From the NCBI GenBank assembly GCA_963796285.1, contig CAWCKW010000012.1, positions 448,001 through 512,000 of the forward strand: a DNA stretch of 64,000 nt, read 5' to 3'. The position numbers and the translations under genes were made by a program. Under the pieces are notes generated by a model. The model saw nothing but the letters and a program-made list of their open reading frames with translations. It searched no databases and was not told the DNA's origin. The DNA is from Nitrospirota bacterium (lineage in GTDB: Bacteria; Nitrospirota; UBA9217). Shown here piece after piece: positions 22,459-32,634 of this stretch (the first letter of the stretch is position 1; each line of letters opens with the position of its first letter).

Positions 22459-23751
22459 TCAATTGCTCTTTGTGCTCTTTTTGACCGCCGACGGGGTATT
22501 TTTATTCCCAGAATCTAAATGTGCTTCAAATGAATACACAAACGTTGCCATGGCCCGAACATCACGCTTGAAGTCAGAGTCCGTGGCGTAAGTCACATCG
22601 GCCACGAGTCGTGCTTTTGGCGTAATGGCATATCCTGCCGCTGCAGAAGCATTGTCTGCATGCTTGACACCATTGATCTCCTGCTTGTAGGCAAGATGAA
22701 TTAGCTGCAGGGAGACGTCGGCCCTGGAAATCTTCTGGGACACGTATATTCCCAGTTCGTCATATTGCAGAGCGGCGGTGGCACCGTCCATACGGTGGCC
22801 ACTGACACCCATGCCAAAGGATTCACCGGCAAAGGCCATCTTCCCGCCGTAGTAGTTGGCCTGGCCCGCGATGCTGTAGTGAAAGTTCTTATAATCAGCG
22901 ATTGCCGTAAGCTGGCGGGTGATCGCATAGTCTATCGATCCGCCCGCGGTTGTTATTGTTTCATTAGGATCGATGTTCGGAAAAGTGAATGCACTCACGG
23001 TCAAGGAAGAAAAGAACTGCTTGTAATCTATTTTAGAGAACTCGCTGTTCAGCCGCAGATCGCCAAAAGGACCGACGGTCATATAGTAGCTGTGCTGCAT
23101 CCAGCCACGCTCTATGGCATTATACGAGGAAGTTCCCTGTACTTCCAGTTTAGTCAGCGGTCGAAGCCAGATATCGACACCCTCTTCCCTCCGGAAGCTG
23201 CTCGAGTTGTTTTTTTCATCGAGATGCGATATGCCGATGATATAGTAACCCGGGAGCCCCTGCGCGATCCGCCCGCCCGCTATCGAGTCGCCTCTCCTCG
23301 TATCGGATATCGTTTCAACGGGACTGCCCCCGAATGCCGCGACGATGAAACCGCCTTTCAGGTCAGTACGTGCATGAATACCGTCTACCTGTTCGGAAGC
23401 TATGCCCTCATGTACCAATACCCTGCCGACATCGAGCACTGCATTAGCAGACCGTTTCTTGATGCTGATATACGCGTACTGGAGATCGTCGTTGTATCTG
23501 CCATTGGTGCTTTCGTCCCTCAGATCATAGCGGTACCACCCGCCGAAGTTGAAAGACACGGAATCCTTGTCTGAGTTGTCCACCTTAAAATTGAGGTATT
23601 CGGTGAGCGGCATCAATTTTGTTGAATCCACAGTCTCCCGACTCATTAGATATGTTCGGGATTGGCCGGTAACGTCGAGGGCTGAAGCATTTGATGAGAC
23701 TAAAAGGAAGGCAAATAAAACGTGAAGCGATAGGAATAAGCGTATTCGCAC
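22459..23751 (-). CDS. Outer-membrane beta-barrel of a porin-cytochrome complex (ExtB/ExtE-like)
   Basis: GTG start after GAGGGG; signal peptide ending ASA; amphipathic Tyr/Gly-rich strands; clear paralog at 60845; upstream of multiheme lipoproteins. Confidence 0.8.
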   Translation of the reverse strand: MRIRLFLSLHVLFAFLLVSSNASALDVTGQSRTYLMSRETVDSTKLMPLTEYLNFKVDNSDKDSVSFNFGGWYRYDLRDESTNGRYNDDLQYAYISIKKRSANAVLDVGRVLVHEGIASEQVDGIHARTDLKGGFIVAAFGGSPVETISDTRRGDSIAGGRIAQGLPGYYIIGISHLDEKNNSSSFRREEGVDIWLRPLTKLEVQGTSSYNAIERGWMQHSYYMTVGPFGDLRLNSEFSKIDYKQFFSSLTVSAFTFPNIDPNETITTAGGSIDYAITRQLTAIADYKNFHYSIAGQANYYGGKMAFAGESFGMGVSGHRMDGATAALQYDELGIYVSQKISRADVSLQLIHLAYKQEINGVKHADNASAAAGYAITPKARLVADVTYATDSDFKRDVRAMATFVYSFEAHLDSGNKNTPSAVKKSTKSN

Positions 23752-24058
23752 GTGAGTAGCCCCCTCTAGTTGAAATACATAAATGCAGAAACTTACAGGA
23801 TTACCACTTCCGTTTTCTAAACTTGTAGCGGCTCGTGATTGTATTGATAGAGCAAGATATAAATGAAAGATGAATAGCCTGAGGATATGCAATTAGCAAA
23901 AGCATATCGTTCTGAAATTTTGTGTAATTTTACATCACAGCTTAGAATAAATCAAACGCTAATTTTACTTTGAGGCCGCATATGATTGTGCACAAAAGTC
24001 ATTCATTTAATGATATGAATTAGCCGTTGAATATATGTCATAAACAGATGTTTTTTTA

Positions 24059-24074
24059 TGTGACGTAAATCACA
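24059..24074. promoter_or_regulatory. TGTGA-N6-TCACA operator (CRP/FNR-family or Rex-like)
   Basis: ATGTGACGTAAATCACAT in the AT-rich region upstream of the porin operon. Confidence 0.55.
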
Positions 24075-24297
24075 TTGGCGAATATCTTAGCAATATCTTC
24101 AGCAGCATACTAGGGAATATCGCTGACAAATCGTAATTTGTGAGTGCCAACTACGCCACATTTAATAAGACCTCGAAACATACGTGATGTTTTAAAAGGG
24201 CTGTCGGGTATGATGGCAGGAAGGGGATTATATTTTGCAATCGAATTTATATTGTGGGAGGCAAACAGGACTTCGGAACAACGGTGCGGGTGTAGAT

Positions 24298-25049
24298 CTA
24301 AAGGTTCTTCGGGATCTTACGGTTAACGCTCTTGTTCTTCGAAGGGTCGTCGGTAAGCATGAGCGCGCCATCCTCGCCATGGACCATGTAGATGGTGTAC
24401 CGTGGTCTGTGCACTTTTTCATCGCCGCCATAGATTCTCAAGATCCGCTGCACGTAATTTTGCGTTTCTCGGTATGGCGGGATGGTCCCCCACTTTTTCA
24501 CGGCGGTTTCACCAGAGTTGTATGCCGCGAGCGCGAGCGAAAGATTGCCTTCATAACGATCTATTAGATATCGCACATATTTCACCCCACCGTCGATGTT
24601 GTCATTGGGATTGAACGAGTTGCCGACTTTCATCTCAGCAGCGGTCTGCGGCATGAGCTGCATCAGACCCATGGCGCCTTTTCTTGACAGCGCATAAGGG
24701 TTGAAATCAGATTCCACTTTCACGATCGCGTGCACAAGCGCGGGATCGACGCCGTGGCGGTTGCACGCGGAATTTATGATATCGACATAGGCACTAGGAC
24801 TGTTTGATGATGAGCTCGATACGCGTGAAGGGCAGGTGAGCATGCAGAGCGGACGTGGTCTGTTGTTTTGCGGCGGCAGCTGATTTTAATTTTCTGTATT
24901 TCTTGGCAGTGCCGACACTTAGGTTGCTGAAATGCATCACGCCATTCTCATCGGTATACTGATAGATGTCGGCCAAGACGCAGCGTGGCTGGCAAAGGGA
25001 GAAAAGCAGCAACGTACATGCCAATATGAGGAGTTGTTTTCCTATCCAT
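24298..25049 (-). CDS. Lytic transglycosylase (DUF4124 + SLT domain), two frameshifts
   Basis: ADIYQYTDENGVMHFSN; AIVKVESDFNPYALSRKGAMGLMQLMP, LALAAYNSGE, PPYRETQNYV. Confidence 0.85.
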
Positions 25050-25234
25050 CCACGACCTCAAAGACAAAAGAGAAATAAAGAAGATGATTACGACGCAACA
25101 TATGGCTTATATTATAACGCAATAAAAACTGTTTTGTCAACTAAAAATTGGATAAAAATTGATTTACTTTTGTATTCTCTCTAGTCACAAATGAGCACTC
25201 GTATGGGACACAGTATCGTATGATGCGCTTATTA

Positions 25235-25297
25235 TTGACAACAAAGCACCGAAGACACTATAATTTTCTTGACAATAGTGCGGGTGTGCATTAATAT
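25235..25297 (+). promoter_or_regulatory. Tandem sigma-70 promoters for tRNA-fMet
   Basis: TTGACA-18-TATAAT (25235-25264) and TTGACA-17-TAATAT (25269-25297). Confidence 0.65.
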
Positions 25298-25308
25298 GCA
25301 TTTCTCAT

Positions 25309-25385
<77 letters not shown>

Positions 25386-25396
25386 AATTAAATCAG

Positions 25397-25427
25397 AAGG
25401 CTGAGAGGATGTTCTCTCAGCCTTTTT
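25397..25427 (+). terminator. Terminator after tRNA-fMet
   Basis: AAGGCTGAGAGGA-TG-TTCTCTCAGCCTTTTT. Confidence 0.8.
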
Positions 25428-25539
25428 GCGTTCTATTGGAAGATAAATGAGGCGTATGATCGTTCCTGCATGCCGAAGCAGCTGTCCAATATCAGGTGTT
25501 TGCGTCCGAAAAGCGACAATGTTGCTATTATTGAACATT

Positions 25540-25568
25540 TTGACAGCAGTGCTTTTTTGCCGTATAAT
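25540..25568 (+). promoter_or_regulatory. Consensus sigma-70 promoter of the groES-like gene
   Basis: TTGACA-17-TATAAT. Confidence 0.8.
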
Positions 25569-25603
25569 GGCTTCATCAATATTCTACAACAAGGAGAAAT
25601 ACC

Positions 25604-26057
25604 ATGAAGCTGAAACCGATGAACGATTGGGCTGTGATACGGCCGTCCGACGCGGCGGAGAAGACCGCAGGTGGGCTCTATATTCCGGATAGCGCAAAAG
25701 AAAAACCACAGGAAGGCGTTGTTGAGGCGATCGGGCCCGGCGCTTTTGAGGAAGAGAAGTACGGGAAGAAGAAGGACCTAACGAAAAAAAGAAAGTTCAA
25801 CCCCACTACGGTAAAGCCTGGCGACTTGGTGCTCTATGAACGCTATGCGGGGCAGACGTATGCCATCGAGGGCGAGGACCTGGTACTTGTGCGTGAACGA
25901 GATATCCTCGGCATTCTGTCGGGTGATGGCCGGAAACCGATTCAGATTCACGGCGTCCACGTCTGCCAAGGGAACAACGGCGATCGTGAAAGAAGTGTCA
26001 GGCCAGGAGAAAAAGGCTAAAAAGCCGTTGGCCAAGAAACCGGGAAAGAAAAAATAG
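25604..26057 (+). CDS. Orphan GroES (Cpn10)-like co-chaperonin with Lys-rich extension; probable frameshift near 25945
   Basis: MKLKPMNDWAVI, EKTAGGLYIPDSAKEKPQEGVVEAIGPG, VKPGDLVLY, RERDILGI; no groEL adjacent. Confidence 0.8.
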
Positions 26058-26071
26058 CATACGAGGCGATA

Positions 26072-26638
26072 GTGGAAGACGAGTGCGTAGTACGTGGGAA
26101 AAAGATCCTATCCATCCTTGAGCAGGAGTTCGAAGATGGGGAGAGTCTGGCTGCAGAGGCGAGGAAGATGATTTCCTACCTGCTGGTGGAAAAAAAGGGA
26201 TACTTGCCGGAGGATATCGAGAAGAAGGTTGTGTTCGCGGTGAAGGTTGGCCAGGAGACTGCGTATTCTTCCGTGGATTTTGTTGTTTCAGTTCACGGGA
26301 AGAAGGCCATGGTCATCAAGTGCGTGGCTGGCTCCCTCTCGTCACGGGAACGCCAGGTAGTTGCCGCCGCCCGTCTGATTGGAGCACCACCCGTGCTCGT
26401 GGCGGTTGTGGCGGATCCTATAAATGCCGAGGTTCTGGATGTTAGAACGGGTAAACTTGTAGGAGAAGGTTTCGGCGCTATTCCAATCAGGGATCAGTTG
26501 ATACAGATGATTTCAGAAGGTGCTTCCCAGGTACTCTCTCCGGAGAGGCTTGAAAAGGAAAAACGTATTCTGCTCGCCTTTGATGCCATACGCTGCAGTG
26601 TTCCTCAGGGAGCGAATGGTGGTGTTGATATCGGGTAG
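26072..26638 (+). CDS. Type I restriction enzyme HsdR N-terminal-like (PD-(D/E)xK) domain protein
   Basis: LVEKKGY..EDI, VDFVV, VIKCVAGSLSSRERQVVAAARL pattern typical of stand-alone HSDR_N_2 proteins. Confidence 0.6.
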   Translation: MEDECVVRGKKILSILEQEFEDGESLAAEARKMISYLLVEKKGYLPEDIEKKVVFAVKVGQETAYSSVDFVVSVHGKKAMVIKCVAGSLSSRERQVVAAARLIGAPPVLVAVVADPINAEVLDVRTGKLVGEGFGAIPIRDQLIQMISEGASQVLSPERLEKEKRILLAFDAIRCSVPQGANGGVDIG

Positions 26639-26639
26639 A

Positions 26640-26825
26640 GTAGCACTGGTGAAGAGCAGGAACCGCTCCAGCGCGCCGCTCGCGATGATGAAGGCGACGA
26701 AGACCTCATCGAAGTCACCGCTGAAGAGCACCATGTTCAGTTGAGACCCGCACTTTTCGAGATTCGCGAGACGGCTTACCCGTTCTTGAATTATTTCGCT
26801 GATTCGCTCTATCCCCGTTTCTTCC
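26640..26825 (-). pseudogene. Truncated DsrE/DsrF/DrsH-like (DsrE2) gene remnant
   Basis: LNMVLFSGDFDEVFVAFIIASGA resembles the DsrE2 N-terminal motif; directly downstream of tusA; similarity is lost afterwards. Confidence 0.55.
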
Positions 26826-26831
26826 TGGGAA

Positions 26832-27056
26832 TTATTTTTTTGTGATGGTTGCGATGATGTCCTTGCCGGACTTCGAAAAACCGGTGAGCTCATTCCCCGT
26901 CTTTTCGCACCATGACTTGACGTCGGGTTCGAACGCCGCGTCGTCGCAGACTACCTCGAAGACATCGCCGGTTGCCCCTTTTCTCGTTGCCATCGATAAC
27001 TTAAGCATCGGCATGGGGCAGGACATCCCTCTATAATCTAAATCGGTTTTCGCCAT
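26832..27056 (-). CDS. TusA/SirA-family sulfur carrier
   Basis: LDYRGMSCPMP, EVVCDD..FEPDVKSWCEKTGN; RBS AAAGGAGG. Confidence 0.92.
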   Translation of the reverse strand: MAKTDLDYRGMSCPMPMLKLSMATRKGATGDVFEVVCDDAAFEPDVKSWCEKTGNELTGFSKSGKDIIATITKK

Positions 27057-27320
27057 AAATCCTCCTTTATCAATATATATTCCTTTTTATTTTTTGCCCT
27101 TGACTTCAGAATAAAAACCGCGGCATTCTTTTGTCCCGTGATGACTTTTCCATTCAAAGGGCATACTAGACAACCCTATTTTTTGCTTTAATTTACTTTA
27201 TAGGCCGTATGATGTAAATACCCGGAGATGATATTATCATATACCGTGCGCCAAAACAAGCCTTGACTGTACGCTCGCCGTGATGCTACAATCATTGAAA
27301 TTCTTTTTAAACAGGGGCAG

Positions 27321-27785
27321 ATGAACAGGGCAGCGAGAGCGGCCATTCTTTTTATTTCGCAGGGTGCCTATGCTGGGAGATTTCCGGTTGCCCCAGGCAC
27401 CGCTGGTACGATCGTCGGGGTATTCCTCTATGAGGTAATGAAGAATCTTGCCCCTGGTCAGTATGTTGCGCTCTGCGTCCTCATTTCCCTTCTCGGCACA
27501 TGGGCCGCGGGCCGCGCCGAGTCCCTTCTCGGCACCAAGGACAGCGCCTCGATCGTGATCGATGAGATCGCAGGTTTTCTTTTGGCCATGTTCATGGTCC
27601 CAACCTCCTGGGGATTTGTAGCCGCGGGTTTTTTGCTTTTCAGGGCGTTTGATATCGTGAAACCGTGGCCGCTCAGGCGCCTGCAGGACCTGCACGGCGG
27701 CCCTGGCGTGATGCTCGACGACATCGGGGCAGGGATTTATACGAATCTTGTGCTTCAGGCGGCCTTGTTTTTTATTTCACGATGA
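27321..27785 (+). CDS. pgpA: Phosphatidylglycerophosphatase A
   Basis: PVAPGTAGT, IVIDEIAG, FRAFDIVKPWP, GVMLDDIGAG. Confidence 0.95.
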   Translation: MNRAARAAILFISQGAYAGRFPVAPGTAGTIVGVFLYEVMKNLAPGQYVALCVLISLLGTWAAGRAESLLGTKDSASIVIDEIAGFLLAMFMVPTSWGFVAAGFLLFRAFDIVKPWPLRRLQDLHGGPGVMLDDIGAGIYTNLVLQAALFFISR

Positions 27786-28624
27786 ACCGGATAACCGAAG
27801 ATACCTTCGAACAAACCCTCAAGTCCTTCATTCGCTCGGAACAGATCGACCTCAGCAAGGTTTCCTTTGTTGATCCCTACGGCATGCTGGCGCTGCTCGA
27901 AATCGGCGAGCTCTGCCTGCTTGAGGATGTGAGGAAAAGCGTCATCCTCCCGCAATCTCCCGAGGTATGCGCATACCTCGACCGGATGGACTTCTTTATG
28001 TTTGCGAAACGCTGCTTCACACTCGACTATTCTTCATCCGGATTTTCCGAAAACCATCACCGCACCCCCGAGTCAGACGTCCTACTTGAAATCACGCCGA
28101 TTGAGAAGTCGAACGACATCCACTCCATTGTCGGAAAGGTGAGAGACCGTGCCCAGGCCATCCTTGCAACTCATCTGCATTACGACGAACGCGCGATAAA
28201 CGGCTTCATCGTGGCGCTCTCCGAAGTCTGCCAGAACATCATCGAGCACAGCGAGAACACAGGCTTTGTTGGGATACAGAAGTACCGGTTTCAGGGCATG
28301 AATAAGAACATCGTCAAGATCGCGGTCATGGACGTGGGGGTAGGATTTCGCAAATCTCTCTCGCACCGTTTCAAGCTGAAGGGAGACCTTGACGCCATCG
28401 ACCATGCGCTCCTGCACGGCGCGTCTCGTTATGAAGACAAGGGCAGGGGCCATGGACTCGCCGCAGTCAGGCGTTTTGTCAAAGAGTGGCAGGGCAAGCT
28501 TTCTATTCGCTCAGGCACGGCAAGGCTGTCTATCATCCCGTCATGGGCCAGGGGCATGGAACAGGAACGAAATCTCATCTCTTTCCCCGGAAGCCAGATC
28601 AATATCATGTTGCCGGAAATGTAA
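27782..28624 (+). CDS. STAS-like + HATPase_c (anti-sigma kinase-like) protein
   Basis: N-terminal IDLSKVSFVDPYGM; GHKL boxes SEVCQNIIEHS, VMDVGVGF, GRGHGL; no H-box; ATG overlaps pgpA stop. Confidence 0.78.
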   Translation: MNRITEDTFEQTLKSFIRSEQIDLSKVSFVDPYGMLALLEIGELCLLEDVRKSVILPQSPEVCAYLDRMDFFMFAKRCFTLDYSSSGFSENHHRTPESDVLLEITPIEKSNDIHSIVGKVRDRAQAILATHLHYDERAINGFIVALSEVCQNIIEHSENTGFVGIQKYRFQGMNKNIVKIAVMDVGVGFRKSLSHRFKLKGDLDAIDHALLHGASRYEDKGRGHGLAAVRRFVKEWQGKLSIRSGTARLSIIPSWARGMEQERNLISFPGSQINIMLPEM

Positions 28625-28718
28625 CCTATTCGCTCACTCATAACCCAAAACCTTTTTGGGGAGCGGGCTGGGTGAGAGGGAAACGCCACACATCATTCCC
28701 TTTCTTGTGAAAAAAACC

Positions 28719-28761
28719 TTGACAAATTCCTCCACATATGGTTCAATTGAATCAATTGAAC
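28719..28761 (+). promoter_or_regulatory. Sigma-70 promoter overlapped by a perfect 21-bp palindromic operator
   Basis: TTGACA 28719-28724, 17-bp spacer, TGnTTCAAT -10; GTTCAATTGA-A-TCAATTGAAC at 28741-28761. Confidence 0.72.
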
Positions 28762-28815
28762 TAAACAGTGCATACCGTAGGGGCCGGGAACAAAAGATGA
28801 GGAACAGGACCTGGA

Positions 28816-29376
28816 ATGATCAAGTACGACCTTTATAAATTACTCAAAGACGAACTCGGCAACGGATCGAAGGACCTTGTTACCCGTCCGTCAGGACAGG
28901 CGATCCGGGAGCGGATCGAGCGGGACATTCAAGAAGAACAGGACGGCGCCGTGGTGGCGCTGGATTTCTCGAAGATCGGCGTGATCGATTATTCCTGTGC
29001 CGACGAGATCGTGACAAAGCTTGTGTCGCGTCTGCTCGCCGGGGAATACGGGGACAAGTACCTGCTCCTCGCGGGGTTGAATGAAAACCAACGGGAGAAC
29101 ATCGAGGTCGCCATCGAACGAAAGGATCTCGCGGTCATGGCTGAAATGCGTGACGGCAGCAGGGTCGTTCTGGGAAATCTCAATAACTATCTCAAGGACA
29201 CGCTCGACTTCATCGTCAAAAAGAAAAAGGTTACTTCCAAAGAACTCTCGGACGCTAAGAACGTCGAGGCGAATACGAGCGGCACCCGTCTCCTGAACCT
29301 TTACAAGAAGCGGCTTGTGAAGCGCATCGAGGAAACCCGCAGCGACGGGAAGGTATGGGCTTACGAACAGCTCTGA
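28816..29376 (+). CDS. STAS-like (DUF4325-like) domain fused to a C-terminal winged HTH
   Basis: LDFSKIGVIDYSCADEIV STAS motif with Ser; C-terminal VTSKELSD...ANTSGTRLLNLYKKRLVKR...GKVWAY. Confidence 0.72.
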   Translation: MIKYDLYKLLKDELGNGSKDLVTRPSGQAIRERIERDIQEEQDGAVVALDFSKIGVIDYSCADEIVTKLVSRLLAGEYGDKYLLLAGLNENQRENIEVAIERKDLAVMAEMRDGSRVVLGNLNNYLKDTLDFIVKKKKVTSKELSDAKNVEANTSGTRLLNLYKKRLVKRIEETRSDGKVWAYEQL

Positions 29377-29467
29377 TGGCCAAATTTCATTGACGGCGGG
29401 TGCGGCACGATGATACAATGAAAGCCATTATCTCAAATGCGGATTGTTTTGCGAAGGTGGACTTTAC

Positions 29468-30703
29468 ATGCGCGCTGAAATCATAGCCACTGGCACCGAA
29501 CTCCTTTCGGGCGGTGTGCTCGACACGAATTCCCTGTTCCTTTCGGAAGAGCTTATGCTCATTGGCCTCGAGACCGCGTTCATGACTGTCGTGGGGGACG
29601 ATGAAAAGGACATGGAAGAGGCGCTGCGCCGGGCTTTGGGAAGGGTGAATACTGTGATCGTCACCGGTGGGATCGGGCCGACCGAGGATGACATCACTCG
29701 CAAGGTGATTGCGAAGATCATCAAAAAACGGCTGGTCCTGAACGAGGATGCGCTAAAGGCCATCCACGCAAGGCTTGCTGGCAGGGGAAAAGAATTTGCG
29801 ACGTCAAACGACCGGCAGGCGCTGGTCCCGTCGGGCACGAGACTTCTTCAGAATCCCGCAGGCATTGCGCCTGGTTTCTACAGCGACGAAGAAGGCCTGT
29901 TCATCGCGGTCCTTCCCGGCGTGCCGAAGGAGATGCGGGCGATGTTCAACGAGGGGCTCCGGCCCGTACTCGAAGAGCGGTTCGGCGGCAGGTCGTTCAT
30001 CCGGCGAAGGATCTTGCGCACCTGCGGTCTGTCCGAGTCTGGCGTGAACCAGGCACTCCAGGATATCCTGAAACGTGCGGATCCGGTTGTCGGTCTCACT
30101 GCAACAGGAACCGGCGTGAACATTCGCATCATCGCACGTAAGCCCAGTGCCGAGCAGTCTCAGGCACAGGTGGACAGGACTGATGCGGCAATACGGGAAA
30201 AGCTGGGTGATAGCATTTACTCGGTTGACAGCCAGGACATGGAGGAAGTAGTCGGCGCGCTTCTCAAACAGCGGAGGCTCAAGATTGCGGTCGCGGAATC
30301 GTGCACCGGGGGGCTCATCGGCGCGCGGATCACGAATATCCCGGGCAGTTCGGATTATTTCGAGCGGGGGGCAGTGACCTACAGCAACCTGGCGAAATCC
30401 GAAATGCTCGGCGTGCCGGCTGAATTGATCGTGCAGCGCGGGGCGGTGAGTAGCGAAGTGGCCGCAGCCATGGCAGAGGGCATCAGGCAGGCCGCGAAAA
30501 CGGATATCGGTCTTTCGGTGACGGGAATCGCGGGACCGGGAGGCGGGAGCGAACAAAAGCCGGTTGGGTTGGTCTATACGGCGCTTGCAACGAGCCAGGG
30601 CGTAAAAACTCAGGAATACCGGTTCCTCGGCGAGCGCGAACAGATACGGATGCAGTCCTCGCAGATGGCGCTGGATATGGTGAGGAGACATTTGATTGCT
30701 TGA
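29468..30703 (+). CDS. cinA: Competence/damage-inducible protein CinA (MoCF-like + PncC NMN deamidase)
   Basis: IATGTELLSG..DTNS, TGGIGPTEDDIT, LPGVPKEM, AESCTGG, GAVSSEVA, TGIAGPGG; own promoter TTGACG..TGnTACAAT at about 29390-29419. Confidence 0.96.
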   Translation: MRAEIIATGTELLSGGVLDTNSLFLSEELMLIGLETAFMTVVGDDEKDMEEALRRALGRVNTVIVTGGIGPTEDDITRKVIAKIIKKRLVLNEDALKAIHARLAGRGKEFATSNDRQALVPSGTRLLQNPAGIAPGFYSDEEGLFIAVLPGVPKEMRAMFNEGLRPVLEERFGGRSFIRRRILRTCGLSESGVNQALQDILKRADPVVGLTATGTGVNIRIIARKPSAEQSQAQVDRTDAAIREKLGDSIYSVDSQDMEEVVGALLKQRRLKIAVAESCTGGLIGARITNIPGSSDYFERGAVTYSNLAKSEMLGVPAELIVQRGAVSSEVAAAMAEGIRQAAKTDIGLSVTGIAGPGGGSEQKPVGLVYTALATSQGVKTQEYRFLGEREQIRMQSSQMALDMVRRHLIA

Positions 30704-30794
30704 TTGCGGATTTAGGAGCGAGTGACGACTGATGAAGACAATATGTATCGAAAACGCTTTTATTCCGCAATCCGCATTCTGAACATCCGAAATT
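30703..30794. repeat. Heptamer-type inverted repeat (TTGCGGA/TCCGCAA family)
   Basis: ATTGCGGATTTAGGA ... TTCCGCAATCCGCATTCTGAACATCCGAAAT; related arms at about 9547-9645 and 33829-33861. Confidence 0.55.
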
Positions 30795-30797
30795 ACT

Positions 30798-31356
30798 ATG
30801 CGACTCTTCATCGCCATAGAGATACCTGAGACATCAAGAAGGAAATGGCGGAGGTCCAGAGCAGGCTCAAGGGCGCGGGCGTGGATGCAAGCTGGACCCG
30901 GCCAGAGGGAATACATCTGACGCTGAAATTTCTGGGCGAAGTCCCGGAACGCGGGTCACCGGAGATTATGAACTCGTCTCGCAAAGGTTGTGGAAGGAAC
31001 GGGCCGCTTCCGGTTTGATGTTGCAGGAGTCGGGACGTTCCCCAATCCGAAGAATGCGCGCGTTGTCTGGATCGGCTGTCCGGGGAGATCGAAAGCTAAC
31101 GAAGCTCCAGATTGCTGTTGAAGATGCAATGGTCGGTCTCGGTTTGGCGCGTGAGGACCGGAAGTTCACACCGCACCTTACCCTCGGCAGGATCAAGTAT
31201 ATCCGGTCCCGCGATAGATGGCTCGAAGATCATTGGAAGAGGTCAAGGACATCAGACTGCCTGGGATTCGAAGCGACGGCGGTCAGCCTGATGAAGAGCG
31301 AGCTCAAGCCAGCGGGCGCGGTGTATACGGAGATGGGAAGGGTGGAGCTGCGATAA
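30798..31356 (+). CDS. thpR: RNA 2',3'-cyclic phosphodiesterase (2H family), several frameshifts
   Basis: MRLFIAIEIP, HLTLKFLGE, FTPHLTLGR, MKSELKPAGAVY; lies between cinA and recA. Confidence 0.85.
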
Positions 31357-31486
31357 ACGATAGACGAGAGAAGCGACAGACAAGAGACGGATGCGTCCCT
31401 CTTCTTAGTGAGCGAAGCGAACGGTCGTCCATCGTCCTTCGTGAAATGAGATGCTCGTCCTTCGTGAAGTAAGGCGGTCGTCCATC
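31357..31486. repeat. Heptamer-type inverted repeat (GACGAGA / TCGTCCT family)
   Basis: ACGATAGACGAGAG..GACAAGAGACGG ... TCGTCCATCGTCCTTCGT, TCGTCCTTCGT, TCGTCCATC. Confidence 0.55.
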
Positions 31487-31518
31487 AGAATATTCATAAC
31501 TCGAAAGGAGATCCATTC

Positions 31519-32607
<1,089 letters not shown>

Positions 32608-32634
32608 CGTTAACAGAGCGCCGGGAGGTTATCC

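Noticed and set aside
23790-23850. GEMM-I riboswitch upstream of conduit 1
   Set aside because: Only a vague CTAAA..GTAGCGG resemblance, on the strand opposite to the operon, with no GAAA-loop stem.
23860-23915. Sigma-54 promoter for the cytochrome operon
   Set aside because: TTGC elements are present but there is no correctly spaced GG at -24.
26072-26638. Type I restriction-modification defence system
   Set aside because: Only a stand-alone HsdR N-terminal-like domain; no helicase, hsdM or hsdS nearby.
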